A stretch of DNA of 64,000 bases from Bdellovibrionota bacterium (GCA_965207455.1 CBDBMJ010000003.1:416001-480000); one strand, 5' to 3'; counted from the first letter of the stretch, positions 29,921 to 41,002 are shown. The notes: generated from the letters alone by a model not told the origin. Translations and numbers: made by a program.

Positions 29921-32900
29921 TTATCGAATAGGGAGGATTTTTAGTATTTTTTCTCGACCATACGCGCAATAAAAGACAAAAGCCATGCTTTTTTCCCATG
30001 CCGCCGTAACTAATGCGGAGCAGCTTTTTGGGATATGAAGATTAAACTTAGTAGGGAGATATAATTTTTTGTTTCTATCTATTGTTAAAAGGAATAGGTG
30101 TTTTTTCGTAATGGGGGAATAGTTCACTATAAGGGCTGGGCGCAGCGGTCTGCCCTTTCCTCCAAAAAAAGATGGAGTAATCGTTGAATGGAAAAAAATG
30201 CCGGGTAAGAGAGAGGACTTCACCAAAGAAAAGCGGCTATAGACCGGTTCTCTTGAACCAGAGGCAGCCACAAGAACAAGTCCATCTGTTTCTTCAAAGA
30301 AGGTATAGGTTGACTCTTTAGAGGCGAATGAAACAAGAGAGGAATTAACGCTTCGAATTTGCATGTCTTCGAAGATCCTAAGGAGTGCACTACCTGGGCG
30401 CAAATTATAGTTGGAGTCCCATATAGAGGCAAAGGCTAGTGCTGGGCCTTGGATTTGGTACATTGCTAATGGCACGCCAGATTCAAAACTTCTATCCGTA
30501 AATTCAAAAACAGGTCTACCGAAAGATGCGTAAGAGCATAAATCAGGGGAGACGGCCTTGATGTTCTCTGCCTTTCGGTTTAGCAGATCATAATAGCTTA
30601 CGCTCAGTACATAGCAATCGCCATTACTAACTTTAAATAATAGTTCCGTAGTTCCCGTATAAAAATGTTTGTTGGATTGTGGGAGTATTTGTAGAATGGT
30701 ACCGTTTTTATGAAAATCTAGATTTAATTTTTTATCAATATGCTGTTTAAATAAGAAATTTTCAAAAGCATAAAAATTCATCCATCCATGTTTAGTGGGA
30801 TGGAAGTCTGCATAATAAACTCGCATTTGAGGTGATTCGGGATTTTCAGTGGAGAAAATAGAAGAATCCTTATCTGATTCTACTAGTGACCCGTTTGCAT
30901 AAAATACGGGAAAAGCAACTTGCTTGCCATTCTTTAATTCTTTTTTATAAAAAGAAGAAATTTCGCCAGGGTATTCCATCCCAAATGGTAATTGATAGGT
31001 TTGCTGATCCAGTAGAGGTGAGAAATCATGCTTTACGAAACTGTATTGTACTATGACTTTTGGTTTTTTTTGATCTTTAACCTTTGTTTCATAAGAGGAA
31101 ATTATGAGGTAATCGAGCTCACTGTCATAGTTTAAATCTATGCGGATAGTTCTAATGAGGTTAGATGCGCCAGAAACCTCAATGATACCAGCCTTTTTTA
31201 TTCCATGATCCATCGATCGAAAAACATGAAGCTCTAAATATTTTCTATCCTCTCTCAGAGGACTTAGAAACATATATTCAGGTTTAGTGTGAATATTTTC
31301 TGAATGAGTGCTAATAGTTATTGGCGTTATGTTTTTTATGTCTTCTCTTGCTTCCCAACCAACTGGGAATATAAATGGAAGGGAAATGAGGCCTGCATCT
31401 TTTTCAATGTTTCGAGATATATTTATTCGATGGATGAAATTCCCTTGAAATACATCGTTTGCCCAGACGGAAAGCTCAAAAGAAAAATGGCTCTCTCTTC
31501 CAATTTTTCTGATATCTACAGAAACAGGAAAAGTTTCCAGGGCTTCCGGATGTGAAAAATTAAATTCTTTTTGAGCGAATGTGTAGTTAGGTGTATTGCT
31601 TTTTAGCTTCACTCGAATATTTTTTGTTTTTTTCCATAGGCTTTTAATTTTTATATTTAATGGAGAAGTTTCTACCAAGTGATCATCTTTCATAAAAAAG
31701 ACTAATGTGTTTAGCCCTTTAAAATCTGGGCGAACCACTGTTTGTTCTTTTGCCGTTACAGCGTGCCATATTCTTGGCGTTCCATCCAATATGGGCCTGT
31801 TCTTGTTCACCAGTCTATTGGCTGAGACAATTAAGCGAGCCTGTAGTTCATCGGGAGAAATATCTGGATAAATACTTATGAGCGTGGCTGCCATGCCGGA
31901 AACAATAGCCGTAGATTGAGAGGTTCCAGACAGGCTATTATAGTTTCTCTGTGTTTTGAAAAATCTAGGACTGCGGGAGTGCTCTGGATAGGTACTTAAA
32001 ATCTCCACACCAGGGGCAGTTAAATCCACATGCCCGCCGTAGTTGGAAAATTTGGCAATAGCGCCTGTTATAGATGTGGCTCCCACACAAATCACACCGT
32101 TGTATGCACAGGGGAGTATTTGGGTATCATGGGCGCTGTTGCCAGCGGCTGCCACAACAATAATGCCCTTCTTGATTACTTCTGCAAAGGCTTTTCGTAG
32201 AGTCTCGGTTTCCAATACAGAGGGCCATCCAAAACTGAGATTAATTACATCCACATTACGATGAATGGCATAGTACATGGCTTGAATAAATCGGCTGGTG
32301 AGTAGTACTTTTGGCTCGCTTTTTTCTTTGCTCGAAGAGGGTTTTGGTTCAAATACCTTAATGGGAAGTATTTTAATTTTGTTTGAAATTCCAGCCATAC
32401 CCTCACCGTTGTTTGTTTGGGCAGCAATAATACCGGCGAGATGAGTTCCGTGCCCTTCATTGTCGAAAACTTTATTTTTTCTCTGGTTGTTTTTAGTAAC
32501 AAAGTTCCAGCCCATGCAATCACCTGGATAGTCTTTTCCATATTTTTTTGGGTCGGGTTTGGTGGGAATATTTCCATCGCGAGTGCATTCTTTCTTATTT
32601 TTCAGGATCGACCCTTTTAGATCAGGATGATTCACATCTACTCCACCATCGACAACAGCAACAACAACATCTCTTTTGCTAAGTGCCTCCAATTTTTCTC
32701 TTTGCTTCCACCAATCATTTAGGTCTGGACCAAAAGATATGCCCACATCCTCTGGATTTTCACACGTCTTGCTGTCCGTTTTTTTGCATGTTTCTGTATA
32801 AAAATTAATGTCGTTAATATCTCGATTAAGTGTTTGACCTATATTTTTCAGATACCACTGGTAACGAAAGAAAGGATCGGATATGGGATACTTCACCCCC

Positions 32901-33223
32901 TCTACAGGATTGATGGTAGAAAACGTTACGGGCAATTCTATATCTGGGGTTACAAGTTCTATCTTGTCTAGACTTTTGAACTTATTTATAGAATTTTTAT
33001 GGTTAGGACTTAAATGAAGCAACGCTATTCGACTAAAATAGGGATGATCGGGGTCATGAGGAAATAGTTTTTCTATGCTTTTAACAAATGGAAGCGATTG
33101 GATTTCTAAGAGAGTTTTCTCTGATGGGTTAGAATTAAATAAAACAATATAACCTGGATTTGTGGATGCCACACTTAATTGAATTTGGCAGAAGAAGATA
33201 ACTATAAAAACAATTCTTATCAT
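29921..33223 (-). CDS. Large secreted S8 (subtilisin-like) serine protease with ~600-aa C-terminal extension
   Basis: VAVVDGGVD (Asp), GHGTHLAG (His), AAAGN (oxyanion Asn), SGTSQST (Ser); signal peptide and prodomain. Confidence 0.92.
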   Translation of the reverse strand: MIRIVFIVIFFCQIQLSVASTNPGYIVLFNSNPSEKTLLEIQSLPFVKSIEKLFPHDPDHPYFSRIALLHLSPNHKNSINKFKSLDKIELVTPDIELPVTFSTINPVEGVKYPISDPFFRYQWYLKNIGQTLNRDINDINFYTETCKKTDSKTCENPEDVGISFGPDLNDWWKQREKLEALSKRDVVVAVVDGGVDVNHPDLKGSILKNKKECTRDGNIPTKPDPKKYGKDYPGDCMGWNFVTKNNQRKNKVFDNEGHGTHLAGIIAAQTNNGEGMAGISNKIKILPIKVFEPKPSSSKEKSEPKVLLTSRFIQAMYYAIHRNVDVINLSFGWPSVLETETLRKAFAEVIKKGIIVVAAAGNSAHDTQILPCAYNGVICVGATSITGAIAKFSNYGGHVDLTAPGVEILSTYPEHSRSPRFFKTQRNYNSLSGTSQSTAIVSGMAATLISIYPDISPDELQARLIVSANRLVNKNRPILDGTPRIWHAVTAKEQTVVRPDFKGLNTLVFFMKDDHLVETSPLNIKIKSLWKKTKNIRVKLKSNTPNYTFAQKEFNFSHPEALETFPVSVDIRKIGRESHFSFELSVWANDVFQGNFIHRINISRNIEKDAGLISLPFIFPVGWEAREDIKNITPITISTHSENIHTKPEYMFLSPLREDRKYLELHVFRSMDHGIKKAGIIEVSGASNLIRTIRIDLNYDSELDYLIISSYETKVKDQKKPKVIVQYSFVKHDFSPLLDQQTYQLPFGMEYPGEISSFYKKELKNGKQVAFPVFYANGSLVESDKDSSIFSTENPESPQMRVYYADFHPTKHGWMNFYAFENFLFKQHIDKKLNLDFHKNGTILQILPQSNKHFYTGTTELLFKVSNGDCYVLSVSYYDLLNRKAENIKAVSPDLCSYASFGRPVFEFTDRSFESGVPLAMYQIQGPALAFASIWDSNYNLRPGSALLRIFEDMQIRSVNSSLVSFASKESTYTFFEETDGLVLVAASGSREPVYSRFSLVKSSLLPGIFFHSTITPSFFGGKGRPLRPALIVNYSPITKKHLFLLTIDRNKKLYLPTKFNLHIPKSCSALVTAAWEKSMAFVFYCAYGREKILKILPIR

Positions 33224-36200
33224 TTATAAAAAATCCAATAACCAAAGAGCAAAAAATTCTCCGTAAGACATTTCTGATATTCCCAATAAAAAGTCGGTAG
33301 GCCCTCGAACCATCTTGGAAGAAACACGACCCCTAGAATTGCCGAGAATAGTGTGCTTACGGGTATTATACTCCTCTCCTTCTCGAAAACCTGTGATTAC
33401 AGATTGAACATAAAGGTTTTCCATGCCTCCTGCAAAAACAGCAAGTCCATCTAGTCTCATGTGTCCTGATAAGAAATCAATTGCCCTGATAGCGTAATTG
33501 CTGGCAGCTTCAAAGTCTCCAGACAATATGCTGTGGTGGTATTTCCTTTGCATTATTCGAAAACTCTCTGCTGGTCTTATTCCTCTACCTTTTCCTGCAA
33601 TCATGTTGCCAGCAGGATTTGGATTACAAACATATTGAATGTTGTTCCAGCAGTTCTTATGAGCCTTGAATAGTCGCTGCGTATCTAGCCAAGAAGTATT
33701 CATGATATTATGGATAGCTTTTTCATAAAGATTCACCTCCACAACAAAACTGTATAGTTGCATAGCACTCACATCGTTGAATTTTTTCGGATCAAAAACA
33801 GTATAGCCAAATTGCTTATTAATTTCTTTAATTCTCCTTAATATATTTTCTTTATCTATCTCCCATCCTCTCCAGCGGTGCTCCAGCCTAACATAGGGTA
33901 AAATACTCTCACCACTTTGTTCCTCATCAATGATTGCTTCCAGAATACTTTGGTGGGCTTCTGATCTTCCATAAAAAGTATTCCCTGGGTCGCTATTATT
34001 TTGGATTTTCAACGAAATATCTGACTTCAGCCATTCATTTAAGAGACTGGTAGCTGTATTGAGCACTAGTGTGGTGGGGTCTTTACCCACACGACCCCCC
34101 ATATTTGCTCGTATAATCTTCCCTTTTTTACCGTCAGGTTTTTCCACGTTTATTACGGATTGGCTCTTTAATCTTTTAGAAGTGATATGTAAAAGATTAA
34201 AAGTATTTACTTTTTCAGATAGTTTGTGTCGAATTTTCCATGGATTTTGCCAAGTACGAAGCAATTCTAAAGATCCGCCAAAAAGAGCGGATCGTAGAGC
34301 ATGGATATTGTCCATAATCTTTTCATTCTTCTCCATATCTGGATCAATATTTAATTTATAGTGGTCTATGGAGGCGCTTCCATGGACCATGTTTCTAAAA
34401 CTAATTTGAAGAATACTTACATCAAGAAGATTAATACCAAAACCAAAACTGAATCGTAGGGCGTTTCCGAAATCATCGTAAATATGAATGGATTCTTTAT
34501 TTTCTTTATAAATATGGAAGCGGGAAATAATGGTCTCTGTGGCTCGTATCTCCCCATAGATCCTAAGCAATTCCCCCGGGGTCAATGAAGCGTTTAATCG
34601 GCCATAAGCCCCGAAACGGTTGGAAACAATAAAAGATTCTCCGTTCTCCATGTTTTCATGAAAAATAGACATCACCTCCTTGATTTTCTTTTGTTTTTCC
34701 TCAATATCTATTTCGCTAAAATCTCCATCAAGGAGCTCGTCAAATAGTGCAGAATATTTGTTTTGAATCATGGGCACCAAAAGATTTTTAAAAGGAGTTT
34801 CCAGGGATTTCTTAATGCTCTGAACAGGAGTCAAATGGGTATATACCCTAGAATAAAATGCATTTGCGCCAGCACTGAAACTCGTATCTTTCGGTAAATC
34901 CCCATAGGATCCTATGAAAACTCCAGCTTCTAGAGCAAAGCCAATGGAATCAGCTAGCTGAATACGATTGTTTGTGCCTAAATATTGTCCCACTACTATA
35001 TTCCTAGAAGCAATGATATTGGCAGAATAATTAAAGGCAGACCAAGTGCCGAAAGGAACCTCTTTAACCTGTCCTGTTTTAAAATTTTCAACTAAGGTGT
35101 CTAAAGTTTTATTATAGGCAGCCTCTTGACCTTTTGATAAAACATCTGCGATGGGTAGGGATTCATTTATTTCTGTCACAAGTGAAGAAAGGACATTGCT
35201 AATAAATTCTGATTTAAAATAAGCTTTAACTTCACTTCTGGATAGGGGAGAGTCGGGGTCGCCAAAAGCAAATCGGCTAGCATACCCAGGCCAATTCTCC
35301 TTCAGTAATTTCCCCTTTTTTAAGTCTTTTCCTAAGCTGATTTTAGGGAAGAAAGGTATATACTCTTGTTTTACAGAAGATTGGAGCTCTAATTTTTTCA
35401 CAAGATCGTTACGCCGAGAGATAAGCTTTTCCACCAGAACAGCACTTACTGCTTTAGGAAAATAAGCCTCTTGAACAATTTCTTCAAAATCTTTTCTTGT
35501 GAGCGCAGCAACTCTTCGAGCCATCCAATGAATATCAGCTAAGTCTGGTTTGAGATTACTCGCCTCTAAATAGGGCAAATGCAAATGAGCATCCACAATT
35601 CTCCCTAAATTCCAAGAAAAAATATTCACACTTTCTGGGACGTCAGTAAGTGCATAGGGCACCTTAAGGGAGCGAAAAATTCTTCGTCCCTGGTCCATTC
35701 TGGGAGGTGTAATTCCTAGAGCAAGATTATATTGCGGTTCCTTAGCTATAATAATTGCATCTTGCATTTCCAAATAAGTGGCATCATCTTTTGCTTTCCA
35801 ATAAAATGTATCCTCTCCCGAAGCTACATTTTTGGTTACACCCTGTTCAATATTTTTAATCCAACGCTTTGGATCTCCCACCGTATCCTGAGGTATTTTT
35901 CTTCCTATATAGTCGGTCAGTTGAAAACGGTGATCTGTAAAATCCAAACGAAAGGATTTCAAGTAGCCTATGGGAGGAACACTATAGCCTAGCTTTTTTA
36001 AAATCGCTGCTCGAAGCAAAATATTGTGAACCCTTTTACCTAAGAAAACAGTAAATATTTTTTCTGAACCATCCGGTTGACGTTGCTTTACGGAGAGCTG
36101 ATGGAGGTCAGGGGGGTTAGGCGTGGCAGTATCTAAATAGGCGAACGTTTCTCCTGTTTGCCTCACATCCAGATCTGGGGGTGGGGGAAAGCCCTCGTCG

Positions 36201-36442
36201 CGCCATATTTGGGAAGGCTGGGGTTCTAGTTCGGAAATATCCCATGACTCCTGAGACTCCCCCTGTCTGATCTCCTGAATAGTTAGGAGTTTGTTATTAT
36301 AGATGAGGTCTGTAGCGGGTGGACGGAATACATGCTGTTTATCTTCAAGAGGGATATAGTCGGGTATTTGGGAAAGGGGAGACGCACCAGCACTGTATGC
36401 ATAGAGAAGGCTAAGTAATAGACTGGTAATTATATTCTGCAC
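33224..36442 (-). CDS. Large secreted hypothetical protein (1072 aa), abutting the S8 protease gene
   Basis: Long uninterrupted ORF, signal peptide (…AYSAGA), AGGA RBS, stop TAA directly followed by the protease ATG. Confidence 0.85.
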   Translation of the reverse strand: MQNIITSLLLSLLYAYSAGASPLSQIPDYIPLEDKQHVFRPPATDLIYNNKLLTIQEIRQGESQESWDISELEPQPSQIWRDEGFPPPPDLDVRQTGETFAYLDTATPNPPDLHQLSVKQRQPDGSEKIFTVFLGKRVHNILLRAAILKKLGYSVPPIGYLKSFRLDFTDHRFQLTDYIGRKIPQDTVGDPKRWIKNIEQGVTKNVASGEDTFYWKAKDDATYLEMQDAIIIAKEPQYNLALGITPPRMDQGRRIFRSLKVPYALTDVPESVNIFSWNLGRIVDAHLHLPYLEASNLKPDLADIHWMARRVAALTRKDFEEIVQEAYFPKAVSAVLVEKLISRRNDLVKKLELQSSVKQEYIPFFPKISLGKDLKKGKLLKENWPGYASRFAFGDPDSPLSRSEVKAYFKSEFISNVLSSLVTEINESLPIADVLSKGQEAAYNKTLDTLVENFKTGQVKEVPFGTWSAFNYSANIIASRNIVVGQYLGTNNRIQLADSIGFALEAGVFIGSYGDLPKDTSFSAGANAFYSRVYTHLTPVQSIKKSLETPFKNLLVPMIQNKYSALFDELLDGDFSEIDIEEKQKKIKEVMSIFHENMENGESFIVSNRFGAYGRLNASLTPGELLRIYGEIRATETIISRFHIYKENKESIHIYDDFGNALRFSFGFGINLLDVSILQISFRNMVHGSASIDHYKLNIDPDMEKNEKIMDNIHALRSALFGGSLELLRTWQNPWKIRHKLSEKVNTFNLLHITSKRLKSQSVINVEKPDGKKGKIIRANMGGRVGKDPTTLVLNTATSLLNEWLKSDISLKIQNNSDPGNTFYGRSEAHQSILEAIIDEEQSGESILPYVRLEHRWRGWEIDKENILRRIKEINKQFGYTVFDPKKFNDVSAMQLYSFVVEVNLYEKAIHNIMNTSWLDTQRLFKAHKNCWNNIQYVCNPNPAGNMIAGKGRGIRPAESFRIMQRKYHHSILSGDFEAASNYAIRAIDFLSGHMRLDGLAVFAGGMENLYVQSVITGFREGEEYNTRKHTILGNSRGRVSSKMVRGPTDFLLGISEMSYGEFFALWLLDFL

Positions 36443-36562
36443 TTTATCCTATTGCTCGTGAAGTTTATGACAGTATTGTCGCCTCGCATCCTTTTAGCAA
36501 AGGTTTTATGTTTTTGCAAGGCGTTTATTGCGATGCATTGAACGGCCTATTGTTGACTGTTT

Positions 36563-38257
36563 TTATTTATTTTTTAAAGCACGTAAGCCCTGCCAAGAAA
36601 AAACATCCTGGTAAGAAATAGCCTCTTCTGCACTTTTACCAAACATGGTGTGGTTCACTTGCTCTATGGCATCCATATGCTCGGTTAGGGGAGTATGGAG
36701 AGCTAGCATTGTTCTCCTCCGAAAAAAATCCTCTAAAGACAAGGCCATCTCTTCTTTAACAGCAAATGCAGCTTCACCTAAAATGTCGGCCTGAGATGGG
36801 ATAATTTTTTTTGTCCATTCCTCATTTTGCATACTCAGATCCGCAACGGTTCTCCAGCGCAAACCATAACGAGCTTGCAGGTGCATCACCACGTCCTCTC
36901 CCAAAGCTTGCGTATACTTTTCCAGCACGTCCATACGAAAACTTTCTTTGTGAGCCTCCACAATGGGGCGCTTGTGGGTTATGGATCGGGAAAGGTTCCC
37001 ATAAGAGGAGTATTGCCTGTTGAGGTGTTCCACCACCTTATTCACCATCTGCTTTGCCATAACCCGGTAAGTGGTATACTTTCCACCGACGATGGAAAAC
37101 AAACCTCCATTACTTTTTAAAATTTTATGCTCTCTGGATATGTTGTAGGAAATAGCATCTTTAGAACCCTCAGCCAATGGTCGTAGGCCCGCAAAGGCAG
37201 AGAGTATATCCGTATGACCCACGTTCGATTGGGGAAACGCCTTTTGCACTCTACTTAAGAGGTAGTCAATATCATTTCCTGTGGGAGAAATATTATTTAT
37301 ATCACCATCCACACGAGGGTCGTACTCCGTATCTGTGGTGCCCACCAATGTTTTTCCATACCAAGGGATGGCAAAAAATATACGGTTATTTTCTTTTTCA
37401 GTGAGAACACAAGCGCGTCTGTTTCCTAAGGCCTGGTTGTCAAAAATTAAATGCACCCCCTTTGATGGCTTTAGCACAGAGGCAGTGTTCACGTTATCCA
37501 ATCGACGGACATAATCGGACCAAGGGCCAGTGGCATTGATCACTGCCTTTCCTCGAATGAGAATGTCCTTTCCCGAACCTAAATTTTCTTTCTTTAACCG
37601 ACGTACAATCGGGGAAACGTCCCGGACCCAAACGCCAAGTATTTCTCCATTGCTATTCTTTTCAAAACCACGGACTATCATGTAATTGACAGCCACAGCA
37701 CCATAATGAATAGCAGATTTAATATTCTCTAATACAATACGAGAATCATCCATCACCGTATCGGTATACATAACGCCACCTCGAATATTTTCCTGCTCTA
37801 GTGCTGGCTCCTTCTCCTGCATCTTGTCCCGACCATAAATTTTTAAACGATTCATATTGGATAAGGAAAGGGCGCTATACAGACAAGCACCCGCCGAGAC
37901 AGTCGCTAACGAGTGAGGACTCCAATTATAAATTGGTATCATGAAGGGAATGGACTGTGTTAAGTGAGGACTTAAAAAATTACAATGCATTTTTCGCTCC
38001 CGATTAGCTTCAAGCACTAAACCCAATTGCATTCTTTCCAAATATCGAATTCCTCCATGAAGCATTTTTGAACTACGGGAACTGGTGCCTGAGCTAAAGT
38101 CGCCCTTCTCCACCAGAGCAACGGAAAGTCCTCGCATGGAAGCATCCCTTGCAATGCCCGCTCCCGTGATTCCTCCACCAATCACAACCACATCGAAAGA
38201 TTCTTTTTCTAAAGAAAAAATATTGCCACTTCGAGATGGGCGACCCTTCTCATACAT
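36563..38257 (-). CDS. glpD: FAD-dependent glycerol-3-phosphate dehydrogenase
   Basis: IGGGITGAG, GTSSRSSKMLHGG.RYL, INATGPW, KGVHL, GLRPL, SREH, GGKYTTYR. Confidence 0.93.
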   Translation of the reverse strand: MYEKGRPSRSGNIFSLEKESFDVVVIGGGITGAGIARDASMRGLSVALVEKGDFSSGTSSRSSKMLHGGIRYLERMQLGLVLEANRERKMHCNFLSPHLTQSIPFMIPIYNWSPHSLATVSAGACLYSALSLSNMNRLKIYGRDKMQEKEPALEQENIRGGVMYTDTVMDDSRIVLENIKSAIHYGAVAVNYMIVRGFEKNSNGEILGVWVRDVSPIVRRLKKENLGSGKDILIRGKAVINATGPWSDYVRRLDNVNTASVLKPSKGVHLIFDNQALGNRRACVLTEKENNRIFFAIPWYGKTLVGTTDTEYDPRVDGDINNISPTGNDIDYLLSRVQKAFPQSNVGHTDILSAFAGLRPLAEGSKDAISYNISREHKILKSNGGLFSIVGGKYTTYRVMAKQMVNKVVEHLNRQYSSYGNLSRSITHKRPIVEAHKESFRMDVLEKYTQALGEDVVMHLQARYGLRWRTVADLSMQNEEWTKKIIPSQADILGEAAFAVKEEMALSLEDFFRRRTMLALHTPLTEHMDAIEQVNHTMFGKSAEEAISYQDVFSWQGLRALKNK

Positions 38258-39266
38258 ACAGTTGTAACTCGACAAGAAGATTGGGCATCATAAGCTTAAT
38301 ATTTACATTGGCGTTGAGGCGATGCAGAGCCTGTTCTAAGAAAACATTTTTTTTGCTAATCCCAGGCTCTTTTTCCATGGATTGTATTTTTTGAACGATA
38401 CTCAACAAATCTTTTTCCTTATGGGGATAGTACAAAGGAAGACTAATCGAGGGTGGGCTTGAATTTGGGGGTGGGCTTGAATTTTTTTTGCTAGCATAAA
38501 TAATATTTAAATCCCTCAATAAACCCATCCACGCTTGGATTACTACACGCACGTCTTGGGCATTTTTCAACTCATCTATAAATTGTATGGCAGAAACGGG
38601 AATTTCTGGAGCAGATTCCCAAGTTTTTAATAATATATTCACACTGTACTCCACCATCTCTCGGAGCTCAGAATTTTCTAAGTAATCGGTAGCACGACCC
38701 AAAGAACCTTCTGCCCAACAAGCGGCTGTCATATACAACTCATTCTCCTCATTGGATGTGGAGTAATTGTGTCGCAAAATTTGGATCAACTCTTTTCTGG
38801 GAATAAGAGGAAATCGAAAAATTTGACAGCGAGATACAATCGTCGGCAATAAAAGAGAAGCGTCAGCACATAAAAGTATAAACACGGCGTGGGGTGGTGG
38901 CTCTTCTAATTTTCTCAATAAAGCGTTGGAAGCGGAAGGATTCATCCGGTCCGCAGATTCCAGAATAAATATACAGTGCTTGCCCTCCAAGGGAGGATAG
39001 GCGAGGTCCCTTGCCATCTTGCGTACGGATTCCACCTTTAACACGTTCCCCTGGGGTGAAATTATCTTCACATCTGGGTGCTGGCCGCGATCAGCCCGGT
39101 CCATTATTTTCTTTTGCTTCTCCTCTTCCTTGGAAAAAAGACTCGCAGCCAAGGAAAGTGCTGCCTTTCGCTTGCCCACACCATCGGGGCCAGAAAAAAT
39201 ATAAGCTTGATGAAGACGACCTTCCATGGTTTTTATAATAGAACTGTGGTCTAGGAAGTGTTTCAT
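38250..39266 (-). CDS. holB: DNA polymerase III delta' subunit
   Basis: GRLHQAYIFSGP.GVGK, HPDV, A..M...ASNALL..LEEPP, LLPTIVSRC; immediately downstream of tmk. Confidence 0.9.
   Translation of the reverse strand: MKHFLDHSSIIKTMEGRLHQAYIFSGPDGVGKRKAALSLAASLFSKEEEKQKKIMDRADRGQHPDVKIISPQGNVLKVESVRKMARDLAYPPLEGKHCIFILESADRMNPSASNALLRKLEEPPPHAVFILLCADASLLLPTIVSRCQIFRFPLIPRKELIQILRHNYSTSNEENELYMTAACWAEGSLGRATDYLENSELREMVEYSVNILLKTWESAPEIPVSAIQFIDELKNAQDVRVVIQAWMGLLRDLNIIYASKKNSSPPPNSSPPSISLPLYYPHKEKDLLSIVQKIQSMEKEPGISKKNVFLEQALHRLNANVNIKLMMPNLLVELQLYV
38451..38484. repeat. 18-bp-period tandem duplication in holB (NSSPPP/NSSPPS)
   Basis: GGGTGGGCTTGAATTT at 38451 and again at 38469. Confidence 0.8.
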
Positions 39267-39267
39267 G

Positions 39268-39915
39268 TCACAATAAAAACTTTCTTTTCCTAAGGACCAC
39301 ACAAATTTCTTCATGTATTTTCTCAGGGCTTTGATTGGCATCCAGTTTATGACAACGCAAAGGCTCCTCTTGGGCTAACTTTTGATAACCCTTGCGCACG
39401 TCTTGGTGAAACTGTAAACGCTCCTGTTCCATACGATCAAGGGAACGGGAAGCTAGTCGCTTGAGCCCTAGAAGAGGGTCTAGGTCGAAGATAAACGTAA
39501 GATCTGGCTTTAGGTTGTCGGTGGCAATGGTATTTAATCGATCCACAAGCTCTTCACCTAGGTTTCGTGCTATTCCCTGGTAGACAAGGGAAGAGTCGGA
39601 AAAACGATCACACAACACGAGAGTTTTTGCCTGTAGGGCAGGTACAATAACGGCAGCCACATGTTGCGCTCTACTGGCTTCATATAAAAATAATTCTGCT
39701 AGCGCTACCATTCCCTTCATCTCCACACTTAACAGTAAGGAGCGAATTTTATCCGCATGGGGACCACCACCAGGTTCTCGGGTAACCAGAACACTGCGCC
39801 CTTGGCTTTTGTACAACTCTTCAAGCTTGCAAATTTGAGTGGTTTTTCCTGCGCCCTCGCCCCCCTCAAAACTAATAAAGGGTTCTGTTTTTTCTTTTTG
39901 CACTGTTTTTTGCAC
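39268..39915 (-). CDS. tmk: Thymidylate kinase
   Basis: FEGGEGAGKTTQ, TREPGG, LCDRF.DSS..YQG..R, PDLT; start codon approximate. Confidence 0.95.
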   Translation of the reverse strand: MQKTVQKEKTEPFISFEGGEGAGKTTQICKLEELYKSQGRSVLVTREPGGGPHADKIRSLLLSVEMKGMVALAELFLYEASRAQHVAAVIVPALQAKTLVLCDRFSDSSLVYQGIARNLGEELVDRLNTIATDNLKPDLTFIFDLDPLLGLKRLASRSLDRMEQERLQFHQDVRKGYQKLAQEEPLRCHKLDANQSPEKIHEEICVVLRKRKFLL

Positions 39916-39955
39916 TGTCAAGGCCACCTCTAGGCATGGTATATATTGTATTCCC

Positions 39956-41002
39956 ATGGTTGTACCACAGAAAAAAGACTGCGACGTATACGATATCACT
40001 ATCGTTGGTGCAGGCCCCACGGGCCTATTTGCCACCTTTTACGCTGGAATGCGAAAAATGAAAACCTGCATTATCGACAGCCTTCCACAAGTAGGAGGAC
40101 AACTAAATGCCCTATACCCAGAAAAATATATCTACGACATGCCCGGCTTCCCTGCCATACAATCCAAAAAACTAGTGGAGGAACTATGGGAACAAGCGCA
40201 GCTTGCCAAGCCGACCCTCCACCTTAATCAAAATGTGGTGGACATCGAGTCCTATCCCAATAAAGAAAATCGAGAGTATTTTATCCTCCATACGAAAACA
40301 CAGAAACAGGTTGCCTCCAAAACGGTACTCCTCGCACTGGGCATGGGAGCCTTTCATCCACGACCCCTCAAGGTCAGTGGCATGGAACCTTTTATGGGCA
40401 AGAACGTTCGCTATGCACCCAAGCCGCTGCATGAATATGCGGGAAAAAATGTGCTTATCGTGGGAGGAGGGGATTCTGCTTTGGACTGGACCTTGGCCCT
40501 AGGTAAAAAAGAAAACAAAAAACCTTGCTCTGCCCTCACTCTTATTCACCGGGGAGGACGATTCTCTGCCCATGAAGCTACCGTGGAGGCTGTTCACAAC
40601 ACCCCTGCCAACATATGGATGAACCACGAGTTAAAATCACTGGCCTCGGATAATACAAAACTAAAAGCCCACCTTAAGCAGAACCTCACAGGGGAAACAA
40701 AAGATATTATAGTGGATGAAGTTCTCATTTGCGTGGGCTATATTGCCCGACTTTCACTGGCAAAAGATATGGAAATTACCATGAATAAAAATTCCATCCA
40801 GGTGGATGATCGCATGGAAACAAATATCCCAGGTATCTTTTCCGCAGGAGATGTGGTGAACCATCCATCCAAGTTAAAACTGATCGCCACAGGAGTAGGA
40901 GAAGCAGCGATTGCAGTTAATTTAGCAAAAACCCTAGTCGATCCCAAAGCACGAGCTTTCCCCGGGCATAGCACTGATGTTTTAAAAAAAGAGAAATCAT
41001 AG
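39956..41002 (+). CDS. Ferredoxin/flavodoxin-NADP+ reductase, TrxB-like (YumC-type)
   Basis: GAGPTGLF, GGQL.ALYPEK.IYD.PG, GGGDSA.DW, GIF.AGD, KLIATG.GEA, PGHS; no CxxC. Confidence 0.9.
   Translation: MVVPQKKDCDVYDITIVGAGPTGLFATFYAGMRKMKTCIIDSLPQVGGQLNALYPEKYIYDMPGFPAIQSKKLVEELWEQAQLAKPTLHLNQNVVDIESYPNKENREYFILHTKTQKQVASKTVLLALGMGAFHPRPLKVSGMEPFMGKNVRYAPKPLHEYAGKNVLIVGGGDSALDWTLALGKKENKKPCSALTLIHRGGRFSAHEATVEAVHNTPANIWMNHELKSLASDNTKLKAHLKQNLTGETKDIIVDEVLICVGYIARLSLAKDMEITMNKNSIQVDDRMETNIPGIFSAGDVVNHPSKLKLIATGVGEAAIAVNLAKTLVDPKARAFPGHSTDVLKKEKS

Noticed and set aside
39895..39918. 12-bp tandem duplication TTTTTGCACTGT at the tmk start
   Set aside because: Only two copies, in frame, no evident function.
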